Below, piece after piece: positions 24,222 to 35,625 of a stretch of DNA of 64,000 bases. How positions within the stretch are numbered: position 1 is the first letter of the stretch; the number at the start of each line of letters is the position of its first letter. The DNA is taken from positions 3,534,001 through 3,598,000 of the forward strand of contig JAWMAR010000150.1 in the NCBI GenBank assembly GCA_036785375.1. The letters run 5' to 3'. Below the pieces are notes generated by a model, which was not told the DNA's origin, searched no databases, and saw only the letters and a program-made list of their open reading frames with translations. A program made the translations under genes and the position numbers. Source of the stretch: Leucoraja ocellata. Its lineage: Eukaryota.

Positions 24222-24375
24222 CTATACCATGCTGTCTATGTTCTCCTTGGAGTGCTTTTCTTTTCCATTGTTTGAGTCTTCTGAAGGTATATACTGATTT
24301 TGATAATCTTGAAGGATTGTTACAATATCATGGTGGCCAAAGTGAATCGCCTCATCCACTGGTGTGTTGCCCCAC
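24222..24375 (-). CDS. GLS: KGA terminal exon 19, coding part (WGNTPVDEAIHFGHHDIVTILQDYQNQYIPSEDSNNGKEKHSKENIDSMV*)
   Basis: Acceptor tttag|GTGGGGC; TAG stop at 24222-24224. Confidence 0.96.
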
Positions 24376-24869
24376 CTAAAGTTTTAATAATGAAAAAGCA
24401 AAATTAAATAGTATATTCCAGCTGAACAGCCTGCAAGAAATTTCAAATGACATTATAATCATTACCATAATTTTTCATCAGGATTTACATCCAAAGTAAT
24501 TAAATCACTTATTAAAAATAAACTTTTGAAAATGAAGACTTTTCCTCTATCATGTTTAAGGTTTAGTATTGAGCCAAAAAAATGTCTAAAAATCACTCAG
24601 ATTGCTCCCTCAAAGTTTTCCATTCAGAAGTTTTATATACATTTAGAAAATAGTTTTTTTGAAAGGAAATCTATCGAAACAGGCGACTGCTTAGAATTAA
24701 TATTGTATTTATGAGAGAGAACTTCAGAATTAATCAAGACATGCCACAGGTATCCCAATTATTAAAACATAAACAAGATAGAATCCACAAGCCAATTTTT
24801 GCATAATTTGTGTTAATCACAGTGCTGAAAACAACATGGATATACAAAGTTAAATAACTACCAACTTAC

Positions 24870-24933
24870 CTGTCTTTAGGGAATGGATTTACTTTGCAAG
24901 CTTCTAACAAAAAGCGAACCACCTCCACATGGC
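24870..24933 (-). CDS. GLS: KGA exon 18 ([22 protein letters not shown])
   Basis: 64 bp, AG/GT flanks; separated from exon 17 by a 96-bp intron. Confidence 0.97.
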
Positions 24934-25029
24934 CTATAAATGAAAGTAAATCTGTGATATTCTGTATTATTAGTTGGTTTCCTCACCAATGGTATACGTG
25001 CTACACTATTTCTAGAAAACAAATCATAC

Positions 25030-25106
25030 CTTCAGCAGCTGCTACATGCAGCGCTGTTCGTGAGTCATAGTCCCGCTGCTCCATATCCATAGCAGATAAA
25101 GCAAAC
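25030..25106 (-). CDS. GLS: KGA exon 17 ([25 protein letters not shown])
   Basis: 77 bp, AG/GT flanks, ankyrin TALHVAA motif. Confidence 0.97.
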
Positions 25107-25489
25107 CTGCAAAAGGAGCAAGAAAAAGGTAACAGTTTTCCACAACTTATAAAGTCTCAAGGTAGCTTTACATTTAAATTTTTTTAAATTCCATTATATG
25201 CAGATAAAATAATCTAAAATGTAATACTTCTAAAGTGTAAAATTATACAAAAATTAAAATAAATAAGATGCAAATTTCCAGGTCTGATCTCTTCATATAA
25301 CTTGCAACTGTACAAATAAGTTTTTGGGTGTGAAATAGTTAATAATGCCGAATTAATGTTAGTCATGCGAGACAGACATTCACTGATTTATTTGTGTCGA
25401 TGCACTTCAACAACCTAATCTAGACCAATACCATGAACTAACCATTAATTAAGACCCTTTAAGAAATATATAGATGCATAAATATACAA

Positions 25490-25790
25490 GGGGTGGCACA
25501 GTGGCGCAGCAGTAGAGTTGTTGCCTTACAGCACCATAGACCCGGGTTCGATCCTGACTACGGGTGCTGTCTGTACGGAGTTTATACGTTCTCCCTGTGA
25601 CCGCATGCGTTTCTGCCGGGTACCTCCCACACTCCAAAGACGTACGGGTTTGTACAGTAGGTCAATTGGCTTCTGTAAATTGTCCTTATGTGTAGTATAG
25701 TGCTAGTGCGTGGGGTAATCGCTAGTCGGCATGGACTATAAAGGACTGTAACAGGTTGATGGACCCGTTTCCACGCTGTATCTCTAAAAT
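25490..25790 (+). mobile_element. tRNA-derived V-SINE (HE1-like)
   Basis: A box (TGGCGCAGCAGTAG), B box (GGTTCGATCC), V-domain-like TGTACGGAGTTT..CGTTCTCCC. Confidence 0.85.
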
Positions 25791-26139
25791 CATGGCCAAA
25801 ACATGCCAGACAAAGAGAGTGGTTGCATCATCAGTCCTCTGCCTGCACTTTAATTCCCACTGTTTACAACAATGCATTCTGTGTTGATCACATCAAATTG
25901 TGTCTTAACATTTCCATCAAATTGATGACAAGGAGAGTTCAATCTGATCAGGTATGATAGATTATTTAAGAATTTTTAGGAATATTACTGAATAAAATTC
26001 CAGTGCCTGTGTTGAAAAATCTTACATCGTCCACATCTGATCTCAAGATGGCGCTGGAGGGTGACGATTCTTTGTGGAGCGTGGCGATTCTTTGCATGAT
26101 GGTTCCAGAGAAGAATCTACCACCATCTGATACAATCGC

Positions 26140-26990
26140 TCTACTGCTTTAAACCCAACCTGTTCTTTCTGAACTGTGGCTTCCCCTCTACCATTGCAAA
26201 CAAAGACCTTAACCACATTTCATCCATTTCCCTTATCTCTTCTCTCACTCCCAATCCTCTAGGAAACACCAAGGACAGAGTTACTCTGGTCCACCCCACC
26301 AACATCAACGGAACATACTCCACAATTTCTGCCACCTTCAAAGACATTCCATCAATGGACACTTTCCTTTCTCCTCCCCTTTCAGCATTTCACAAACACC
26401 TTTCTCTTTAAGACTCCCTGGTCCCCTCCCACCAACAATCCTCTGTCTCATGACAATTTCTTTCCCTTGCAACCACAGCCGACGAAACACTTGCCCTGTC
26501 ATCTCATCCCATCCCGCCATTTAGGGATCCAGGCAGTCTATCCCGTTGAAATAGTTATTCACTTTTACTTCTTCGGTGTACAGCATTCGGTGTTTACGAT
26601 ATGGTGTATTCTACACTGAAGAAACCAAAGGTGGTCTGGGTGACCATTTCGCTGAACACTTATACTCGGACCGCAAAGGCCTGCTGGGTCTCCCGGTTGT
26701 TAATGATTTTAACTCCCCTTCCCATCCCTGTACTGACTTTTCTGTCCTGGGCTTCCTCCATTGCCAGAGTACGGCCACATGGAAACCTGCCCTCTCCTCT
26801 CTTCCAGCTTTCTCCTCCCCTCCCATCCCCAACCCCAATTAGTCTGAAGAAGGCTCTTGATCCAACCTGAAACATCATCCATCCATGTACTCCAAAGATG
26901 CTACCTGGCCTTCTGAGTTACTCTTTGGCACTTTCTGTCTGTATTTGTAAACCAGTATCTGCAGATTGGGTAACCGCTTTGCCGGACACC
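26140..26990 (+). mobile_element. Degenerate Penelope-like element fragment
   Basis: YSIRCLRYGVFYTEETKGGLGDHFAEHL (GIY-YIG remnant) plus the same terminal repeat. Confidence 0.8.
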
Positions 26991-27102
26991 TTTAAGGGTA
27001 CCAGTCTGTAGGGGTAACCCTGCTGTTGCCTATCGCTATAACCCCACCCCATTCCCACTCTGAGCCATTGGTCTATGACCTTCTGCACTGTAATGGCATG
27101 TA

Positions 27103-28610
27103 CAAGTCAAGTCAAGTTGAGAGAATTTGTCATGTGTCCCAGATAGGACAATGAAATTCTTGCATGCTGCAGCACAACAGAATATTGTAGGCATAAATAC
27201 AGAACAGATCAGTGTGTCTGTATACCATAGACCATATATATATACAACATAAATAAACAGCAATAGGCTGTTATAGTTCAGAGTGTGTTTGAAGTTGTGT
27301 TTAATAGTCTGATGGCTGTGGGGAAGTAGCTGTTCCTGAACCTGGATGTACCAGATTTCAGGCTCCTGTACCTTCTACCTGATGGCAGCGGAGAGATGAG
27401 TGCGTGGCCAGGATGGTGTGGGTCCTTGATGATGTTGGCAGCCTTTTTGAGGCAGCAACTGCGATAGATCCCCTCGATGGTGGGGAGGTCAGAGCCGGTG
27501 ATGGCATGGGCAGTGTTTACAACTTTTTGCAGCCTTTTCCACTCCTGGACGCTCAAGTTGCCGAACCAAGCTCCGAACCGGTCAGCATACTCTCCACTGT
27601 GCACCTGTAGAAGTTCGAAAGAGTCCTCCTCGACACACCGACTCTCCATAATCTTCTCAGGAAGTAGAGGTGCTGATGAGCTTTCTTTATAACTGCATCA
27701 GTGTGCTGGGACCAGGAGAGATCTTCGGAAATATGCACGCCCAGGAATTTGAAGTTCTTGACCCTTTCCACCATCGACCCGTTGATATAAACGGGATTGT
27801 GGGTCCCTATCCTCCCCCTTCCAAAGTCCACAATCAGTTCCTTGGTTTTGCTGGTGTTGAGAGCCAGGTTATTGTGCTGGCACCATTTGGTCAATAGGTC
27901 GATCTCTCTTCTATACTCTGACTCCTCCCCATCAGTGATATGTCCTACAATAGTGGTGCCTTTGGCGAACTTGATGATGGAGTTTGCACTATGTCCGGCT
28001 ACGCAATCGTGAGTGTAGAGTGAGTACAGCAGGGGGCTGAGCACGCAGCCTTGAGGTGCTCCCATGTTGATTGTTATCGAGGATGACACATTTCCACCAA
28101 TACAGACAGACTGTGGTCTGTGAATGAAGAAGTCGAGGATCCAATTGCAGAGGGATGCGCAGAGACCCAGATCTGAGAGCTTGGTAACCAGCTTGGAGGG
28201 GATGATGGTATTAAATGGCAAGCTGTAATCAATGAATAACAGCCTGACATATGGGTTTTTGTTGTCCAAGTGGTCCACATCCAAGTGGAGAGCCAGTGAG
28301 ATCGCATCCACTGTTGATCTGTTGTGGCGGTAAGCGAACTGCAATGGGTCCAGGTTCTTGTCGAGGTAGGAGTTGATATGCGCCATTATCAACCTCTCAA
28401 AGCACTGGTCGATAGTCATTGAGGCACGTCACCTTGCTCTTCTTATTATTGATGCCCTTTTAAAGCAGGTGGGAACTTCAGACCTCAGAAGCGAGAGGTT
28501 GAAAATGTCCGTAAAGACTCCAGCCAGTCGGTCCGCACAGGTTTTTAAACACGTCCGGGTATACCATCAGGTCCAGACGCTTTCCGAGGGCTCACCCCTT
28601 CTGACGTCGG
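27103..28610 (-). mobile_element. 5'-truncated Rex1/Babar LINE (RT fragment)
   Basis: ORFs 27553..28419 ([19 protein letters not shown]) and 27278..27649; (CTTGA)n tail. Confidence 0.92.
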
Positions 28611-29824
28611 CCTCTGTTCATCCACGGCTTCTGGTTAGGAAACACTCAGAAGGTTTTTGTTGGGATGCAGTCCAACAAACTCAAGGAACAGCACCTCATC
28701 TTGCATCAGACAATGCTGCAGCCTTCTGGACAAACACTGAACTACTGCTTCAAGAAGCTTGAATTGGCAGTCTATAATCAGTCATCCAATCCATGACATT
28801 AGCTCAGTTTGGTTTTTTTTTAACCTCTCCTTTGTCTCTCTGGAAGTGGAGGACACATCCAGCTGTGACACATACTCCACTGCGAAATCTCCTCAAGGTA
28901 TGCCTACTTTGAAGACAATCTCCTCCTCTCTCCGGAGACAGTTTCACAACCTCCTATCAGTCTGAAGAAGGGTTTTGGCCCAAAACGTTGCCCATTTCCT
29001 TCACTCCATAGATGCTGCTGCACCCGCTGAGTTTCTCCAGCATTTGTGTATACCTTCGATTTTCCAGCATCTGCAGTTCCTTCTTAAACACTTATTGCTT
29101 GTCTTTCTGCTCTGCATTTCCCAACTACAAGATTCTTTTGTCTATGTTCTCCTGCACTAACTGCTCCCCACTCACTCATTGATCAGATAACCTTGTGAAC
29201 CTTTTATTTCCATTGACACCTTGGTTTTACCCTATCACAGACATTCCCTCCCCTCCACCCTCCCAGCAGTTTATTATCTTGTCTCCTTCCCAGTTTGGAT
29301 GAAGGGAGTTCAACCTAAAAGATTAACATTGGTCCAATTCCCACAAATGCGGTCTAATCTGCTGAGTATTTTCAGCATTATAATTAGTAATCTGAATGGC
29401 AAAGGATATAGCTAAGCCTCTCATAATAAAATTAGATTCATAGAGGACGAGTGAGTTCCTTCAAGTAAAAATTAATGCGGTGACAATTCAGATATATTTC
29501 TTCATGTGAATTCCTGCAATTCATATCCTTAGAGGCTGATCCTTCACTCAAAATGTTCCCATTTAACTGAAGTGTCAAATAAATTTAAAAGAAAACCGAA
29601 GTGGTCTCCAAAAAAATGTATTTACATCATACACACAAAATCACAGAGAGGGACTCTTTGTCATCCTACTGTTGTCAGCATCAGCACCTTTTGCAAATAC
29701 AGCAGATATTCCAACATGATAAATGGGCACAGAAAATTATTTGCTGGAATTATTAAATGCAGCTGCATAAGCATTTTCATTTCTGACTTATGTAAACTGG
29801 ATACTCTAATAAATCACGTCTGAC

Positions 29825-30345
29825 AAGTAACATACTTTGGGGGGGAAAAAACATTGCGAATGGCAAAGTGGCTTAGGTTATTCATTGCTCATCGAATGCA
29901 AGGGGAAGGTATACAGTTGATAGCAAAGGATATGCAGAGGGAGCTTGGGATCCGGGTTCATAGCTCCTTGGAAGTGGCAACACGAGCAGATAGAGTGGAA
30001 AAGAAGCATACCCTCATTGGTCACAGCATTGGGTATAAGAGTGCAGGAAAACATGATGCAGCTCCACAAGACTTTAGTTAGTTTGAATTTGGAATATTGC
30101 ATGCATTACAGGAAAGGTTAGAAAAGGTTCACCAGAATGTTGTCTGCAAGAAGTCGGACACATTTTGGTTTGTTTTCTCTGAATATTGGAGGTTGAGGTG
30201 AGACCTGATAGAAGTATATAAAATGATGAAAGGCATCGATAGGGTAGCCAGTCAGAACCATTTTGTCCCGGATGGAAGTGTCAAAGACCCGAGGCCATAG
30301 CTTTAAGGTGAGAGGTGCAAAGTGTAAAGGAGATGTGCGGGGGCC
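29825..30345 (+). mobile_element. Degenerate CR1 fragment
   Basis: QRELGIRVHSSL; RLR.DLIEVYKMMKGID; KTRGHSFKVRG. Confidence 0.8.
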
Positions 30346-30795
30346 AGAGAGCCTGTTCCTGTGTTGTACTTTTCTGTGTTCCATGTTTGTATTAATGCCA
30401 CAACTTTGTAGTTACTTAAAACTTGCATTTATTGAATTGGCAAATTACGTTCTTTCTGTCTATTTCAATTCCAATCAAATCCCTTGCACTTAGTCAACCA
30501 AAGTACTTAATGCAGTTCCAGTATTTCTTAATGCAGTTCCAAAATCATTTTGTTGCACAAAGATACAAAAATATGCTTTTTAATAACCTAATCTTTAATC
30601 TGGAAGGAGCAATAATAACAATTCTCAATGTCAATTCCCAACCCTTAGCCATTGTTGTAAATGAAAGCATCTGGTAAGTTTGTCTACATCTTACATACCA
30701 CAACCTAGATTACTAAATAAAGATCTTTGCAAATGCAAGTCGACATGCCACATTAAATTGGTGAAACACATAAACCTAATTGTGAAAAATCTTAC

Positions 30796-30857
30796 CTTCT
30801 GAGTGCAGACACATCTCCAGTATAAGCAGCAAAGAGAAGGTTGATTACAGACTTCAC
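30796..30857 (-). CDS. GLS: KGA exon 16 (VKSVINLLFAAYTGDVSALRR), start of ankyrin region
   Basis: 62 bp, AG/GT flanks. Confidence 0.97.
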
Positions 30858-32779
30858 CTAAAAGGGAATAGGAAAACAAAAGAGCATTTTGAATTCACTT
30901 CCAAACATGCATCTTTAAAAATGTTGGAATTATAGCTGCTTCCACAAATATGAAATAATCAAGGACAATACAAAGTAATTAAAAATCCCAGTTTCTTCCA
31001 TGCAGTAACCTAGAAACATAAGGAACCGCAACATCATCCGAGTACAATGTCATTTATTGCTCTAAATTCTTCACCCATCCCTTCCAAATGTGCCTTGAAG
31101 ATTAAAACCTTGGTTTGTAACTCCTTCTTCACCCTCTCAAATCTTGTAATAAACTCACTCATGTTCTGGCTATTATTGGAAAGCCTCTAACAGATCAAGT
31201 GCCAGATATATAATTAACTTTGGTTTGTTACTTTTCACGAATACCAAGTGACGCACTCCTCTACAGACCGCAAGACTTGTCTCTATTAGTTGAGATGTTA
31301 TGCTTTTGGCTGCAACAATTTAAATTTTGCAGAAACTACCCCCCCCCCTGTATTTTCCATCTTTCCCTGATATTGATATTTAGGCATCCCCTAGCTCTCT
31401 CCACAATTATATCACCTCTATTGCACAAAGTGTAGACAACTATTCTGAATGCATTAACAATTGTTCCTGACTATTTCTATGGTCATTTATTCTTATTGAA
31501 GTCCCTTATTTTCGGTATTGCAACTCTGCTTTTCCAGTTCCCAAGCTGTAGCAGTATTTCCGCGATGTCAGCTATATCAAACTTGAATGCATGCTTGTAA
31601 TTTGTTTTCTTTTGCTTCGTGGCTTCACGTACCAAAGCTCCCATATATCCCAGCTTGCCCTTTTGTTATACTAGTTTGTTATTCACCAGTATGTTTTGGA
31701 CTTATTGGTCATATTGGGTACAAGATGTTTAACAAAATAAAACAAATCCACATGAAGCAGAAATAGACAGGTTTGACACAACAGAAATCAGAGTTCAGCC
31801 AATCCAGATGCCCTTGAGAATGCCAGGATTGCACTTTGAAGCTCGATTTGCTATGGACGCAAAAGTAAATTAACACAAAAAATCTAAAAGCCTGCACATT
31901 AGTGCTAGTTGCAGATATTCTGAATGCAACAGCTACAACTTTGAGGCATAACCCCAACTAACGCTGGAAATCAGTTTGTGATCTATACATCTGTGGTGAC
32001 ATGAGGCACTTATGAAACAAATTCATATGGAGGTGAACTCTACTTTACAGCCGTTCAAGTTATGACAATTCACCCATAGAGACATTAAAGATTTGAGTAA
32101 AATTCACTCTTATGGAATTTCTGTCGAAAAAGTAATTAAAAAAAACCCAACTGATTTCTTGAAAATTTTGAGTTTTGGAAGCATAGACCAGGGCAATAGG
32201 CCTTTTGGTCCAGTTACCATAGCGACCAAGGTGCCTATTGGAACCTGAGCCAGTTCCATTTACCTGCATTAGTCCATATGCCTCTAAATGTTCCTAAGCC
32301 ATGTGTACAAATGTCTTTTCCATAGTGCAATTGCCTCTACCACGACCTCTGGCAACCTGTTCCATATATCCAGCACCCTCTTGTCTCTCCCTTCTAGGAA
32401 GGAAACCCCCTCCCTCTCCAGCCCACCCCTATCGTGCAGGGGTCACTTGTAGTTGCAACAATCCAATCTGTGAACAATTCCAAATAAACTCCTCAGTAGC
32501 AGTTTATCTGATCTGTTCGGTCAGTTTTAAAAACAGTAGAATAAAAAGGATCAATAAATGAAATGATAGAAATAACACATTTCCTCCTCTTATTTGCAGG
32601 ATTAATTTTATGAATGAATGTACAGTGTAATAAATTGAAGGGTAATAAACATGTTAGCTTTCAAAGAAATGATAGGAAAGATTTTTTTGTAAAGCAAAAA
32701 AACAAAATACATTACTTTCTGGATGATCTTCATTGGTGCAAACTTTCCTTTAGCTCACTCCTGTGATCTCAATTGTTGC

Positions 32780-32987
32780 AGTAGACACAAAAAGCTGGAG
32801 TAACTCAGCTGGACAGGCAGCATCTCTGGAGAGAAGAAACGGGTGACATTTTGGGTCGAGACCCTACATCTCGACCCAAAACGTCACCCGTCCCTTCTCC
32901 CCAGAGATGCTGCCTGAACTGCTGAGTTACTTCAGCTTTTTGTGTCTATCTTCGGTTTAAACCAGCATCTGCAGTTCCTTCCTACAC
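32780..32987. mobile_element. Short palindromic Penelope-derived insertion
   Basis: About 80-bp inverted arms around a 7-nt loop; TSD ATCTCAATTGT(T/C)GC. Confidence 0.85.
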
Positions 32988-33723
32988 ATCTCAATTGTCG
33001 CCTCAGGTTTGAGGTGGTGCGCATAGCACAACTGATGTTACCAGAACATGGTTGAGGAAGATATGCCATGCTCAAGAGTATTAAATGGTGCAAGAAGATC
33101 AACATGTATTGTCATTGAGCTTAACAGGGTGAACTGCCATGAGGGGATCAAAGTCCTTTATGTCTGAGAGTGATCAGAGCACAAACTTTCCACGGATTAC
33201 AAAGGAAACGCTAAATTCCTTTGCTCTGTACTCTGGCACCGCCGAATAAATATGTTCCATCATTTTTTTAGAAGTATTAACATGGATTAATGCACATTCA
33301 TACACGTTAAAATGGTTAACCACAAAAAATATCAGTTACCATTTTATCCCTACAAACGCTGATCAGGAGTTTTAAATTCAGATTCAGTTTCCTCCCCAGT
33401 ATTATCAGGCAACTGAACCATCCTATTAACAGCTAGAGAGTGGTTTTGAGCTACTATCTACCTCCTTGGAGCACCTTTGGATTATCTTTAATCAAATTCT
33501 ACCTTGCACTAAACGTTATTCCCTTTACCATGTATCTATGTCTGTACACTGTGGACGGCTCGATTATAATCGTCTATCATCTTTCTGGGCACCATAATGG
33601 TGCTATGGACAACACCTCCACCTTAACTAGATGTCTTTCACTGGCCCTACTGTTGATTACTCTGGTTCTTTAGCTTTCTGCCCTTGTTCGTCCTTTGAGT
33701 TAACCAGAGAATGGACCTGGAGG

Positions 33724-33947
33724 TAGACACAAAATGCTGCAGTACTTTGTGTCCACCTCCAGCTAACAGCGGGGCAGGCAGTATTTCTGGAGAGAAGGAA
33801 TGGGTGACGTTTCGGGTCAAGACCCTTCTTCAGACACAAAACATCACCCATTCTTTCCCTCCAGAGATGCTGCCTGTCCCACTGAGTTAATCCAGCATTT
33901 TGTGTCTATCTTTGGTTTCAGCCAGCATCTGCAGTTCCTTCCTACAC
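33724..33947. mobile_element. Short palindromic Penelope-derived insertion containing a hammerhead-like core
   Basis: Inverted arms; TSD ATGGA(C/T)CTGGAGG at 33711-33723 and 33948-33960. Confidence 0.85.
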
Positions 33948-35411
33948 ATGGATCTGGAGGAATGAGTGATGGAGACGCCTATCAAACAAGAGATGGTCAT
34001 TTTAGCTGATTTCTAAAAGCACCACTTGCAGCAGTACAGAAAGCCACATAACACACATGCTGCAGGAGTACTGGTTTAAAATCAGTTGTTTTTAATATGG
34101 TCAGTTTTGTGGACCCATTGGCATTACATTTTACCCAGTGGATTTGCTATGGGTTAAGTTTTAAGCACAATAAACTAGAGATTTTATACATTAAAAAATC
34201 TTAATTAAATCATTTTTATCAATGATTAAAATAATCAGTGCTCAAGCACAGTTTTGTCTAAATCTCATTATTTACAATAATACATCCAAACTTCTCAGAG
34301 ATGATATTCTAGGAGACTGTGAATGTACTTCCTTGTGATATCTTGGATAAAATTAGTACTTTAAAACTAAATTTGTGTGGAAAGTAGTCTCAGATTTTGC
34401 AATCACTGGCATATCTTTTTATAATTTCTAAAAAGTCTAAAATTAATTTCCAAGACCTGCAAAACAGATGGATTTTAAAAAGAAAGATGTCTACATTTGG
34501 TTAAATATCTATTAATTACAAATTCCATGCAGAAAAGTGTTAAAGCTCCATTTTACCAATAACAATTCAAATTCATCACTCATGAATGTTTAGAAGTGAT
34601 AAACTTTCAGTGTTTTTACCGCTTAAGTGCTACAAATGTTCTTCAGCCATCTGTTTCACCAGCACATTATGTCAAGTGTGATAAACCAGGGGTGAAAACA
34701 AGCCATTTAATAAGTATCAGTTTGACTGTCACATCATTCAGCAGATAAAAAAAGGTTTGTTTTCCTTTACTAAGCATTTTCACTGATGCATCAGCCCATC
34801 AAACCAGGAATGTCAAAGGAAGCTGACAAGGTCATTTATGTAAAGTGTAAATGTATACGATCAATGTCCATGAAATGATTTGCTATAGGCAGTCAGACAA
34901 AATTGAATCCAATTTAATTATAGACATTTTTAATAAGCACAATAAAAATTGTGTGGCCTATTTGTGCAAAATTGCAAAGTAATACATTCAAATTTGTTTA
35001 GTGTTGTTACGTGTACTGGGGTACAGTTAAAAGCTTTTGTTTCTGTGCTATTTAGTTCAAGACTATACATGTTTACAATTAAGCTGTCCACAAATAAAGT
35101 ATACAACATTTAGTGCAAGATAAAGTCTGATTAAAGAAAGTTCAAAGATCTCCACTGAGGTAGATGGAAGGTCAGACCAACCACTCTAACTGATGAGATG
35201 ACCGGGTCAGTTGCCTGGGAAGAAATTGTCCCTGAATTTGGAGGTATCAGTTTTCATACTTCTGTACCTCTTCCTTGATGGGAAAGGGAAGAAGATCTGA
35301 TTGGGGTGAGACACTGTCCTTAATTATGTTGGTTGCCTTGCCAAGGCAGCATGGTGTGGATGGAGCCAATGGAAGGTAAATTCAGTGAATCCATGAAAGT
35401 AAATATCATAG

Positions 35412-35625
35412 TGTGGCGGTTCCTGGGGAGTAGGCCACCCCCTCGGCACTTGATGGACAGGTCCGGGGGCGGCTTCCAGCTACGAAGATAAGAACAGGGA
35501 TTTATGGCGCGAGACCTGTCTTCAGTCTCTCACTGAAGCGGAGAGTAGCGTGCTGTGATTAAAGCCTCAACAGAATTTGCCTGGCTTCTCGCCTTCATTC
35601 CGGGCTCTCTCATGTACCCGCTACA
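35412..35625 (+). mobile_element. Solo LTR (Gypsy-like, 214 bp)
   Basis: TGTGGCGG...CCGCTACA inverted termini, internal ATTAAA, flanks ATAG / AGAG. Confidence 0.7.
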
